Assembly (NCBI RefSeq): GCF_006345805.1
Contig: NC_043001.1
Span: 248,001 to 312,000 of the forward strand
Source: Octopus sinensis
Taxonomy: Eukaryota
DNA length: 64,000 nt
Direction of reading: 5' to 3'
Within the stretch, counting starts at the first letter, position 1, and every line of letters starts with the position of its first letter. The notes below the pieces were generated by a model that saw nothing but the letters and a program-made list of their open reading frames with translations, had not been told where the DNA came from and searched no databases. Of the stretch, positions 38,661-50,499 are shown one piece after another. Position numbers and translations under genes: made by a program.

Positions 38661-39245
38661 TGTAAGAATTAGCACTTCCTTCTCAAAGCTTGGATTCGAA
38701 ATCAGACCCAAGAATCATTGGTCGTAAAATACCAATGCACAAAAAGGCGCGAAATCAGAATCTCTTTGTTCTGACAAAAAATGATGGATCGTCTCCCTTC
38801 GACCTCTGACCCGAGCAGGTCAGGCGAAGTTTAACAGGACGACCAGCGACCTACTGTACGCAATAACACTCTTGCGGTATATCTATTTTTCTGGCTATTT
38901 GAGATGTTATAAATAGAACGGAGAAATAGGTAACCAGAGAGAACCCGAACCAACGTTTAAGAGAACGTCACGCATTTATGAGGACGACGAAAGAATATTC
39001 AGAAAGGTGACTCTGTACTGCATGATTTACACACACACACACACACACACCATCAAACATATTCTGCTTTAATGTGTATCCTGTATTATGCATTCCTTTA
39101 AAATGTATTATTTGCAACCACTATTTAATATGCATTTTGTACAAGCGATGTGTAACATTGCTTACAAATTGATGTAGTGATAATAAATCTTTAATTTATT
39201 ACAAAGCACTTATGTATTTATTAATACATCCACGCATCCACTACA
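38661..39245 (+). repeat. 3' LTR
   Basis: Same length as the 5' LTR; one substitution spotted. Confidence 0.97.
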
Positions 39246-39505
39246 GGTGTATGGCGCAGTGGTTAAGAGCGAGCGTTACTAATACCTACATTCCGAGTTC
39301 GATTCCAGGCAGTGAACTGAATAATAATAACAACAACATCGAAAAATACCTCATGAATGAGAACCCAGGTTCGAAATTTCACTAAGACACCTGATGAAGG
39401 CTAGAGGGTAAATCAGCCGAAATGTTGTGTTAACAACAAACAAGATGAGGACAAATATCCGTCAAATATAAATAATGTCCATAATTCCTCATGCCTTAAA
39501 TATAG
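39246..39505 (+). mobile_element. HHR-tailed tRNA-SINE-like element, copy A (first bases split off by the Gypsy insertion)
   Basis: A-box TGGCGCAGTGG, B-box GAGTTCGATTCC, (AAT)(AAC) linker, HHR tail. Confidence 0.8.
39386..39431 (+). ncRNA. Minimal type-I hammerhead motif in the SINE tail
   Basis: gacac-CUGAUGA-a-ggcu...agcc-GAAA-(U)GUU-guguu; helix I 5 bp; consensus helix III is the palindrome AACGUU. Confidence 0.7.
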
Positions 39506-40229
39506 AACATTATAAACATTTATTTGATATTGAATATACAGCTAAACACATGATTAACTTCACTGGTTGATTATGAGAAATTACGAATTGATGGCTAAAT
39601 ATTGAAGACTATATCTGACCATTAATGATTTGGCCAAAATTTGCTTCTTTGTTTTTATGACGGTTGATAAAGATTTACTTCAAGGATGTGATTATATGTG
39701 TAAAGAATGGATTTATTATGTGAACTTTCCGACAGACAATAACGTTGGAAATATTTCCTTCTGCTACTTTTCTAATAATTATAATTCGGTGTGGTGGGCC
39801 ACGGATGGTCAGAAAACTAATTGACGTGAGAACTGAAAGTGTGAGTGACAAGCAGATAAATATGTAATAACTTTTTAAGGAAGGAGATTTAGCAGCAGCA
39901 AAAAATGGTTTGAAAACTGCTAGAGGAGGTCGAATTTTGATCGAGTCATATGTATTGTGCTTTATATTAATGCCCCGTGCATAATATAATTCTTATATTA
40001 AATGTTTAGTTCTTACTGCACAATGAATCACATTGTCTGTAAATATAGAAATATGTACATGTGTTGCAGTATAAAAACAAAGGCCGAGGTAAAGGACAGG
40101 AACCACTTTCGGTTATTATTATTTTTCTTTCTACAGAAACTCACTTTTTTCGGGTCAATATAAAGATCCTCCCCATTAACGAAAAAGAAATAAAACCCTA
40201 TAGCCTGCAGGGTGTTAACAACTGTCTAC

Positions 40230-41301
40230 AAAACGAAGATGAAAAACAAAGTTTGCGCAAACGAACCTGGTGGGGTGAGAGGAATTTCGGAAAATTCAAA
40301 AGATCCGAGTTTTCCCTCATAACTTTCAGGAAAATTTTTATATATATATATTACGAAGTACCACGTCTTTGGCCACGGAAAATCCGATACGGAAGAAAAA
40401 AAAAAGTGTTTGTTAAATTTCAATCAAAAAAAAAAATAAATAAACCTTTGGCCTTCAAGCAGGCTATCCACATGCTAGAAATAACAACCAAATCTCACAA
40501 AACTGCGATGACATAATGAAAGAAATATATAATCAATCTGCCAATTTTGAGATCTAAAGCGTTTGACTCGAGCCCCCCCCCCAAATAAATAGTGCAATAG
40601 GTATAAAACAACATGTAGTAAAAGAATCTGAAAAAAAAGTGCGCGCTGGTAAACGGGGCGCAGGGTAGAGAGCTCGGAAAATTCACATCGGGAATGTTCC
40701 GAATCCTCTCACCATTTCCCCGTTCGTCAGCGAAAATTGTTTTCTTCGCATTCGTTTACTAGACATTATTTTACACTGTTTTCGTTCATTTTTGTAGCGT
40801 TGAGTTTCGCTTTAGTTTAACCGTTTTGCGTTGGTCAAATGATTCTCTTTAATTTCACTTTGTCACCGTATTTCTTTGGTATTTTTACTTTTCTTTCTTC
40901 AAAAGAGCTTACTGTTATTTATGCGCTCATTTTTTGTAATTTGCAAAGCAAGAAAAAAAAAAGAACAAAAAATGAACACATTCATTTCACATGAATTACT
41001 TTGTCATATTACTGTGGGAAATTACTCTGAAAGAAATCTTTACTGAAAGGTGAGTAGATTGATTACATATTTCTTTCATTATGTTATCGCAGATTTGTGA
41101 GATTTGGCTGTTATTTCTAGCATGTGGATAGCCTGCTTGAAGGCCAATGCCTTAGAATTGGGGAGGGGCTGTTGGGTCCCCCCCCATATATATCCATTTC
41201 CCTGAAAGTCATGAGGAAAAAATCGGATCTTGTGAATTTTCCGGAATTCCTCTCCCTGCACCCAGGTTAGTTTGTGCAAATTTTTTTTTCATATTCGTTT
41301 T
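40230..41301. mobile_element. Fold-back element with long imperfect inverted arms
   Basis: 40230-40350 pairs with 41186-41301 and 40448-40539 pairs with 41056-41147; recurring CGGAAAATTCA motif. Confidence 0.65.
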
Positions 41302-42070
41302 CTGCATAACTACATATTTCTGCCCTCCACCCCAACTTTGGATGATCATGACTTTCAGAGAAATGGATATTTTTTAATGAAATTTTCTACGAATATATGT
41401 CAAATCATGTAGATTCTGAATATACAAACTCTTGGGGGAAATGTGTTTTAGGAGGGGATGGGGAATTTCGGAAAATTCACCAGAGTCCACTTCAATTCAT
41501 GTTAACTTTCAAGAAAATGGATATTTTTTAATGAAATTCTTTATAAATATACCTCGGACTGTGAAGATTCCAAGGACAGGAATTTTTGGGGAAAACAATT
41601 GGAGGTTATTTTTGAGAACCGTTCCTCATTCATAGGTGTTTAGGAACAAGTCATCCATATGTGTTTTATTTTACCAGTTGGAGCGTACTTAAAAACTGAA
41701 TTCGGACTTAAAATTTTGAAATGTCAATTTTTTTTTTTGCAGATTCGGAATCTCTGCAGTCAAAAAGGGTGGTGGTGCAGTCCATATACTTTACATCTGC
41801 CAAAAACAAAATTATGAAGATTTTGAATAATTCAAACTCCAACATGAGAAACAGTATGTTAATTTTAACATATTTATTGTTAAAAACTTTTAAAAATTTA
41901 TAAGAAATAAATATGCTGCAAGTGTACTGGCTTGCTTCAGTAGGTTCCATCAAACCTTGTGGTGTGCGACCAATTGAAGCACTTGGCGCTGATTTGATGT
42001 TGTTTCTATCTCTCCCCACCTTTTTTTGCTTCTTTTCTATGTCTTTCTTTTGTATTATATGTACCATATA

Positions 42071-42208
42071 CAGGGCTGGGTCAAGGTATCGGCAACTCAG
42101 GCAGTTGCCCGGGACACTACAAAGACAAGGAAATTTCCATGACCGTCAGCTTGTATATGCTGAAGTTCAGCCTGCCTGGGGCACTAAGCAACCCTAGGAC
42201 CAGCCCTG
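42071..42208. mobile_element. hAT-like MITE
   Basis: TIRs CAGGGCTGGGTCAAGG / CCTAGGACCAGCCCTG; possible decayed 8-bp TSD accatata/attatata. Confidence 0.55.
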
Positions 42209-42349
42209 ATTATATACATACATACTATATAGGAAATAAGTCTAACATTGTACCTCCCTTTTTACTTGCTATTTGTATTGTATGCTACATATAATTTTAC
42301 GTGTCGTCTCAATCTGCAACCAGATACAAAAGAATAAAATAAAATGATG

Positions 42350-42715
42350 GTTATCTTGTTTCAGTCATTAGACTGCGGCCATGCTGGAGCATCGCCTTGA
42401 AGAATTTTAGTTGAATGAATCGACCCCAGTACATATATTTTTCTTTTTAGCTTGACACTTATTGTATAGGTCTCTTTTATTAAACCACTAAGTTATAGGG
42501 ATGTAAACACATCAACACTGGTTGTCAAGTAGTGAAAGGGGACAAGCACAGAGACACATGTATACATACAGACAACGGACTCCTTTCAATGTCCTACGAA
42601 ATCCGTTCACAAAGCTTTGGTTGACTTGAATCTATATTAGAAAACATTAGCCACACAGTTGGATTGAACCCAAAACCATGTGATTGGGAAGCAAATTCCT
42701 TACCATACAGCCAAG
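42350..42715 (-). mobile_element. tRNA-derived CORE-type SINE
   Basis: Reverse complement of the SINE family seen at 31890-32255. Confidence 0.7.
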
Positions 42716-44108
42716 AAGATACATTAGACATGATATAATTTTTACTTCTTTGCTGCAATCTACCTCAATCTAGGGAAACCTGGAATGAGTTTCCTAGTCC
42801 AATTAAACACAATCTATATAACTACCAATGCTATCAATGTGACTACAAAAAACTCCAAAAATAATGCAAATTACTATCAAACACAGACCTCCTTCATCAC
42901 TTGCAACATGTCTCCTTTCTCTGTGACCACCACTACTATTACATCTTCCAGACACTTGCATTTCTATTGCACACACACATGGTTTCTTGCTTTTCCACAA
43001 AATCTGGGCTGAGAACTTCCTGGTTAAGGCATAATGTTTTATCATGGGTGCAAGTTGTTCGATAATTACATGAGTAGCTGAGTGTTCCTTTGAACAAATT
43101 AGATAAAGGCCATGACTTCAGGAATCATGTTTGACATTACATAAGTGACATGATACTCATTCTCATCAGCATATTCTGTTGTAGCTTCTGGTTGACATGA
43201 CAGTACATCTGCTGGACTGTGGAAGCTCTTTATGTATTGGAGGCCATCCAACTGTCTCCTTTATTCTTTGAGGCTCAAACATCTGAAGTAGTGTTGATCT
43301 GCCATTGTGGATGCTGTTTCATTTCAATGTTAGGGTGGGATCAATGCAAGAGGAAATTCTATTCAAGAATATATGATTGTAAATTTTTGAAGCTAGAGAT
43401 AAGAGTGTAATTCCTCTGTAGTTCTGAGGCAGGTAAAGGTAACCATTCTTTGAAATTGGAACAAGAATTATACTCTAATCTCTAAATCTTCAACTTTGTG
43501 CACTTCCACAGCTTCTGTAGTAAGTCCATTTAAGCAGCTAAATATAATCTGCTGTGACCAAGAAAGTTGAATACTCCATTGAACTTTCTTAATTGTATAT
43601 AGAAATAGAATAAAATTTCTATTATTTAACCTTCACTTGTTTTAAATGACCTTGATATCTTATTCTCTTTCTCTTTTATTTCAGAGTATCTGCTGAGATC
43701 AGTATGAGTGAATTTTTGATTTTAGAGCCATTATCAATATCATCTGTGAGCAACTAATGGCAGATATACTACACTAATGTAATCCAGTTCATTTAAAACT
43801 ATGGTGTTTTATGATGAAATATTTCTCCTGAATTGAGATTAAAATCAAAATTTCTCAGCTTCCCTCTCTGGAATATATATAAGACAGTTTTGCATTCTTA
43901 TTACACTTTGATAAATTTACAAAAGGAGTTTTATTCAGATGGCAGTAAAAATTAGTTGATGGAAATATAGCAGTAGAAATATTTTTAGGAACAAACTCTA
44001 CAAATCAAGACAATAAAAATATCTTACATTGAGATGAAGGAAAAAAAATTCCCTGAAAAGTAAATATTTGAGAAATTGGAAGGATCGATTTTTTTTTTTT
44101 CTGAAGAG

Positions 44109-45473
44109 ATGCCAAAAATGTTAGGAGAAACATTATACCACTGTGATATCTGTAACAAGTCATTCTTATATAAATGTAACCTCACTACACACAAACGAAT
44201 TCATACAGGAGAGAGACCATATCACTGTGATATTTGTGGTAAATCATTCTCACACAGAAATAGCCTAACTAATCACAAACGTTTTCATTTAGGAGAAAAG
44301 CCATATCACTGCAATATCTGTGGCAAATCATTTTGTGAGGCTGGTAACTTAACTAAACACAAACACATTCATACTGGAGAGAAACCATATCACTGTAACA
44401 TTTGTGGTAATTCGTTCTCTCATATTAGTACCTTAACTAATCACAAACGTACTCATACAGGAGACAGGCCATATAACTGTGAGATCTGTGGCAAATCATT
44501 CTCTCACAGAAATAGTTTAACTAACCATAAACGGTTTCATTCTGGAGAAAAACCATATCTCTGTGATATCTGTGGTAAATCATTCTCTGAAACAGGTAAC
44601 TTATCTATACACAAGCGTATTCATACTGGAGAGAAACCACATCATTGTCATATCTGTGGTAAATCATTCTCTCATGTAGGCACTTTAACTAAGCACAAAC
44701 TTACACACACAGGGGAGAAACCATATCAGTGTGATATCTGTGGTAAATCATTCTCTCATGTAGGTACTTTGACCCAGCACAAACATACACACACAGGAGA
44801 GAAACCATATCAGTGTGATATCTGTGGTAAATCATTCTCTTATATAAGTACATTGACTCAGCACAAACTTAATCATACAGGGGAGAAGCCATATCATTGT
44901 GATATCTGTGGTAAATCATTCTCTCAATTAGGTAACTTAAGTGCACACATGTATGTTCATGCACAAGAGAAACACTATCATTGTGATATCTGTGGTAAAT
45001 CTTTCTCCCAGAGAGGTAGCTTAATTGTACATATCCGTATTCATACAGGGGAGAAACCATATCATTGTGGTATTTGTGATAAATCATTCTCCCATGCTTG
45101 TAGCTTAACAAAGCACAAACATACCCATACAGGAGAAAAACCATATCACTGTGACATTTGTAGTAAATCTTTCTCACAGCATAATCACTTAACTACTCAC
45201 AAACGATCTCACACAGGAGAGAAGCCATGTCTCTGTGATATCTGCGGGAAGTCATTCGCTCGCATAGTTACCTTAACTAAGCACAAACGTACTCATACAG
45301 GTGAGAAACCATATCTCTGTGATATCTGTGGCAAATCCTTCTCTGAGACAGGTAACTTAACTATACACAAACGTATTCATACTGGTGAGAAACCATATCA
45401 CTGTGGTATTTGTAGTAAATCATTCTCTCAAAAAACTCACTTATGTTCACATGTATGTATTCATACAGAATAG
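44109..45473 (+). CDS. Tandem C2H2 zinc-finger protein (16 fingers)
   Basis: Sixteen C-x2-C-x12-H-x3-H units, mostly with TGEKPY linkers. First ATG at 44109 (the ORF track starts at TTG 44076). Candidate upstream acceptor at 43683-43684. Confidence 0.92.
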   Translation: MPKMLGETLYHCDICNKSFLYKCNLTTHKRIHTGERPYHCDICGKSFSHRNSLTNHKRFHLGEKPYHCNICGKSFCEAGNLTKHKHIHTGEKPYHCNICGNSFSHISTLTNHKRTHTGDRPYNCEICGKSFSHRNSLTNHKRFHSGEKPYLCDICGKSFSETGNLSIHKRIHTGEKPHHCHICGKSFSHVGTLTKHKLTHTGEKPYQCDICGKSFSHVGTLTQHKHTHTGEKPYQCDICGKSFSYISTLTQHKLNHTGEKPYHCDICGKSFSQLGNLSAHMYVHAQEKHYHCDICGKSFSQRGSLIVHIRIHTGEKPYHCGICDKSFSHACSLTKHKHTHTGEKPYHCDICSKSFSQHNHLTTHKRSHTGEKPCLCDICGKSFARIVTLTKHKRTHTGEKPYLCDICGKSFSETGNLTIHKRIHTGEKPYHCGICSKSFSQKTHLCSHVCIHTE

Positions 45474-45659
45474 TAACTGCTTTTATGTAAAAGATCTCTC
45501 ACTGCATCTAATATCTTATATCATCATAAATTTGCTTACATAGGAGAAAACAATGTAACTGTATATTAACAAGCATCAAACATGGTATTCTACATAACCA
45601 TAAGAATATCAACTGTAATTATCATACTGTAAAGTGGCTGGTATTTGGAAAAGCCTCCA

Positions 45660-46975
45660 GCTGTAAAAACCATATGATATCATCATCATTTAACTTCTGC
45701 TTTCCAAGCTGGCATAGGTTGGATGGTTTGACTGAGGACTGGTGAGCCAGAGGCTGCACCAGGCTCAATCTGGCCTGGCAAAGTTTCTGCAGCTGGATGC
45801 CTTTCCTAATGCCAACCACTCCAAGAGTGTAGTGTTGCTTTTTACATGCCACCAGCACGAGGTCCAGTCAGGCGGTTCTAGCAATGACCATGCTCACTCA
45901 AAAGGTGCTTTTACGTGCTACCTGCACAGGAGCCAGTCCGGAGGCACTGGCAATGACCATGCTTGAATGTTGTGTTTCACGTGCCACTGGCACATGTATT
46001 GGTAAGGCGACTCTGGCAACGATCATGCTCGAATGGTGCTTTTCACGTGTCACCGGCACAGGAGCCAATCCGTGGCCCTGGCAATGATCATGCTGAGACA
46101 TGCTTTTAATGGTCCACTGGCACAAGTGCCAATCAGGCAGTGCTATCAATGGCCACGTCAGTGAATTTGGTTTGTTTACATTTGCCTCATTAGGTCATTG
46201 CAAGAAAAGTTCATTGTCCAGTGAATGAGGGGTACTCGTAAGTGGGCTGGTTACACCCAATGTTTGGATGTGCTTTTGACATTCCACTAGCACAAGTTCC
46301 AATCAGGTGGTACTGTCGTCAGTCATGTCAGCAATTTTGATTTTGATTTCACTTGCCTCAACAGGTCTTCACAAGCAAGTTTTATTATCCAATGAATGAG
46401 GGGTATTCATAAATGGGCTGGTTACACCCATTGGCATAGGCCATGGGCTATGGTCTCACTTGGCTTGTCAGGTCTTCTCAAGCACAGCATATCTTCAAAG
46501 GTCCTGGTCACTAGTCATTGCTTTGTTAAGGCCCACACTTCACCACCTCATCCCAGGTCTTCCTGGGTCTACCTCTTCCACAAGTTCCCTCAACTGCTAG
46601 GGTGTGACACTTTTTCACACAGCTCTCCCCATTCATTCGCAACACATGACCATACCAGTGCAATCGTCTGTCTTGAACACCACATCTGATGTTTCTTAAG
46701 TCTAATTTTTCTCTCAGGGCACTTACACTCTGTCATGTATGCACACTGACATTACACATCCATTGGAGCATACTGGCTTCATTCCTTGCAAGTTTGTGCA
46801 TGTCCTCAGCAGTCACAGCCCATGTTTCACTGCCATGTAGCATGCTGTTCATACACGTGTGTCATACGGTCTACCTTTTACTCTGATCGAGAATTCCTTT
46901 GTCACCAGAAAATGTAGGAGCTCTCTGAACTTTGCCCAGGCTATTCTTATTCTAGCAGCTACATTTTCAGAGCAT
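45660..46975 (-). mobile_element. RTE LINE 3' fragment(s)
   Basis: catcatcatttaac tail, 3' UTR repeats and degenerate C-terminal coding region. Confidence 0.75.
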
Positions 46976-47194
46976 ATATATATACACACACACACACAAA
47001 TGTGTTTGTGCGTTACGTTTAAAATTAAAATTTAGATAGGAGACTTAAAAACGTAGTAGCCAAAACTTGTTTTGGTTATGTCCCTATCAGTGTGCTTTGA
47101 GAGCACGTTTGCCACATATGGCTACCAGGTGTCATTTGTGTGCTAAATAAAGGTCACAGTACACTGTTTTGCCCATCAATTATTTAAAATATAC

Positions 47195-47572
47195 ATATAT
47201 TCTTTTATTTGTTTTAGTCATTTGACTGCAGCCATGCTGGAGCACTGCTTTTTAGTTGAAGAAATTGACCCCTAGACTTATTATTTGTAAGCCTGGTACT
47301 TATTCTATCAGTTACTGTAACCCGAAATTACAGGAATGTAAACACACCAGTTGTTAAGTGATGTGGGGAAAAATAGACACACACATAAATAAATATATAT
47401 ATATATATACATATGATGGGCTTCTTTCAGTTTCTGTCTTACAAACCTACTCACAAGGCTTTTGTCGACCTGAAGCTACAGTAGAAGACACTTGCCCAAG
47501 GTGCTATGCAGTTGGACTGAACCCAGAACCATCTGGTTGACAAACTTCCCACCACACAGCCATGCCTACGCC
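47195..47572 (-). mobile_element. tRNA-derived CORE-type SINE
   Basis: Reverse-complement head ggcgtaggcatggctgtgtggtg..., CORE-like gcaccttgggcaagtgtcttctac. Confidence 0.8.
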
Positions 47573-49331
47573 TATATAAATACCATTTAATGTACACAGT
47601 ATAAAGATGAGGGCTACTAATAGTATTTTCTATGGAAATGTGTCTAGGCAAGTTTTTATAACACACCTTGTGACTAAGTAATATTTAGGTTTTGAGCACG
47701 TGATTTGTTCTTGAGAAGGTTGATGCATGAAGTGGAAGGGTTAATGAAAAGGAAAAGAAAATTAGAGTTACGCCCCTTAAATTTTATGTATGTATGTATG
47801 TATCCCTTCAAGGGAATGATTTTGTTGTTTGTAAGATTTATATAATTTTTATTTCTTTTGTTTATAACCTTATTCCTTCCACACTTGATAATGAAACTGA
47901 ATGTTATTTTGTATGTGTTGCATTTGTAGTTAGACATGAAGGAACTATTTTGTTGTGGTGGCATAGCACAGTCGTGCTATGCTCATTTCATCCAATTAGA
48001 GCTACCTGCGGTTTAGTAATGCAAGTATTAACTTCTGCCAAGCAGTATTGTGCACCTCTTTCAAATTGCATTTAGTCACAGCATTGAAGGCGAGGAAGCA
48101 GTACCTTTTTCTTTAACATGTTACAGCTTGGATCTATTATTTTTCATTAGCAAAATATGCATTTTTTAAAAGGTATTAAAAAATCTGAAAATTGGCTATA
48201 ATAATGTAGCCTTCCTATCTTGTTGCTTTGAAGGTAGATACTGTTGAGAAAAAAGTTACAGAGGTTTAAAAATTAAAAAAAACTGTATATTTTTAACCAA
48301 TAGTGAGATAGAAATTTTCTATGTATAGCAGAGCAGTGTCAACTTTAAGGTTGTACCCTGTTAAATTTAGAGTTTAGCTTCTGACCTGTTCATATTGGGT
48401 TTCTAAACAGAAATACCTAATAAAATCAATATGTATCATCTGTTTCTTTTGTCTCTTCAATAATTGTATGGGTTTATTATTTTAAAAAAATGTTTATATT
48501 AATATATTTGCCTGCATATGTTTACTTTATGTGCATTTAAGTATTATGTATACCTGTCATGTATTTTTGTACATCATTAATATATAAGTGCATGTGAATG
48601 TATGTATTCATATATAAGTTTATATGTACATTTATGTATTCATGTGTGTGTATTTGAAGGGGGCATCTGTCAACAAAACTCCAAAGTTGAGTAATGTTTT
48701 CATGCTTGGATTTGTAAACTACGATAACAATAACGATGATCAACAAAGAATTTTTCCCAAGGAAAAGAATACCTCTATCTTATATGTTTTTGCATGCAGA
48801 ATTCAAAAATAATGACAAATTATATGTATCACCCATAGTTCCTCTGTTCCACAGTATCCCTCTTAGTTCCTGTTATGTGGCTTAAATTTCAGTTAACTTT
48901 AACTCAAATGTGAGTAGCAGAATTAAATGACACTAATGTTCGTTATAAAAAAAAACCATTGCGACAACTAGTGAGAATCCCGTTTGACAATAAGCAGGTC
49001 TTTTGTTTGAGTTATAAAGATTGTGTTAGAAATATCTCTGAACATGGTATAGGTTGTTAAGTAATGGGATGGAATTTTCTGTCATCTCAGTGTTTATAAA
49101 GAATTATTAGAACTAAGTGTTATTGTTTATTCCTTGGTAACCTTGAGGGGAGCATAACGCATAACTTCAATCTAAAACATTCTAATGGTAATGACCCCCA
49201 TCTTTTCCTTTTTTTTCCTTTCTGAAATAGTGTATCATAAACTATTTTATTCAATATGTCCTTTGAAAAAAAAAAAAAGATGGACATCTTTTCATGAGCA
49301 CTAATTTTTTTTTTTCATATTTGTTTAGAGC

Positions 49332-49581
49332 AAGTTGTTTTACACCAATTACAGTATTTCTTTCCTATTTCGTTTGGCTCGGGTCAAACACTAGTTTAAA
49401 GGCCATAGTTTGACAATGTGAATTTTCCGAGTCCTCTCCCTCACGCCACTCCGTTCGCAAAAGGTGGGTCGGGGAGAGAACTCGGAAAATTCATGTTGTC
49501 AAACCATGGCCTTTAAACTATAGTGTTTGAACCAAGCCCCCAAAAAGGGGAAAAAATACTGTAATTGGTGTAAAACAACTT
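49332..49581. mobile_element. Palindromic MITE-like element
   Basis: Arms of ~110 bp starting AAGTTGTTTTACACCAATTACAGTATTT; central spacer ~30 nt. Confidence 0.7.
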
Positions 49582-50157
49582 TCACTTCTTTACACATTTT
49601 TCTATATTTTTCCTGTAGCCCTGTTTTTTTTCTTGTGCATGTGCGTATATAGACGTGTGTATGAACCTTTTTAGTGTGCGTGTATGCATGTGCGAGCGTG
49701 TATGCGGGTAAGTATATATTTTTTGGTGAATGTGTGGTTGAGCATGTGTGTGTTTCAAGTGAGGGTGGAGGAGTTTAGACATATAGGTGCATCTACATGG
49801 ATGTGTATGTATGGACATGCGATTGCTATGAACATTTTTACTCCCTTACCTTTACTTCCTCCCCTTACTTAGCAGTCATTCTAATGGCTCTTTTGTCTTA
49901 ATAACGGTCAATCACAGTAATTTCCCTTTGTTTTAACATTCATTTTCATAGCATTTTTTCCATTGGTCCACTAACTGAAGAGATGCCAGCATGGGTTTCA
50001 ACCCCGACATCCGAAATTCGGCTCGGACTTCTATTATGGCTACCGAATAATTGTCGCATATTATACTTACAGATAAATTCCTCTATTCACATAACATCGA
50101 GATCTCTTTCATTCTTTTGTTGTCTTGCCATTTCTATCAATATATATATATATATCA

Positions 50158-50485
50158 TCATCATCGTTTAACATCTGCTTTTCATGCTGGCATGGATTAG
50201 ATGGTTTGGCTGAGGAATGGCAAGCTAGAAGTCTGCACCAGACTCCATTCTGATCTGGCATGCTTTCTACAGCTAGATGCCCTTCCTAACGCCAACCACT
50301 CTGAGAGGCTAGTGTGTGCTTTTGTGCCACCAGCATGAGGGCCAGTCAAGTGGTACTGGCAACGACCACATTCAAAAGGTGTTTTTTACGTACCACCTGC
50401 ACAGAGCCAGTCCAGCGGCACTGGCAATGACCACTCTCAAATGTTGGTTTTCATGTGCCACCGGCATATGTGCCAATGAGGCGAC
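50158..50485 (-). mobile_element. RTE 3' tail
   Basis: catcatcatcgtttaac tail and 3' UTR motifs. Confidence 0.7.
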
Positions 50486-50499
50486 ACTGGCTGCACAAT

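Larger units (their letters stand above)
33365..39245 (+). mobile_element. Full-length Ty3/Gypsy LTR retrotransposon
   Basis: 585-bp TG...CA LTRs (33365-33949, 38661-39245), 4-bp TSD GGTG, PBS, PPT, and gag plus PR-RT-RH-IN domain order. Confidence 0.97.

Noticed and set aside
39246-39315. Possible tRNA gene
   Set aside because: A and B boxes are present, but no acceptor stem or T-run terminator; it is a repeated SINE head.
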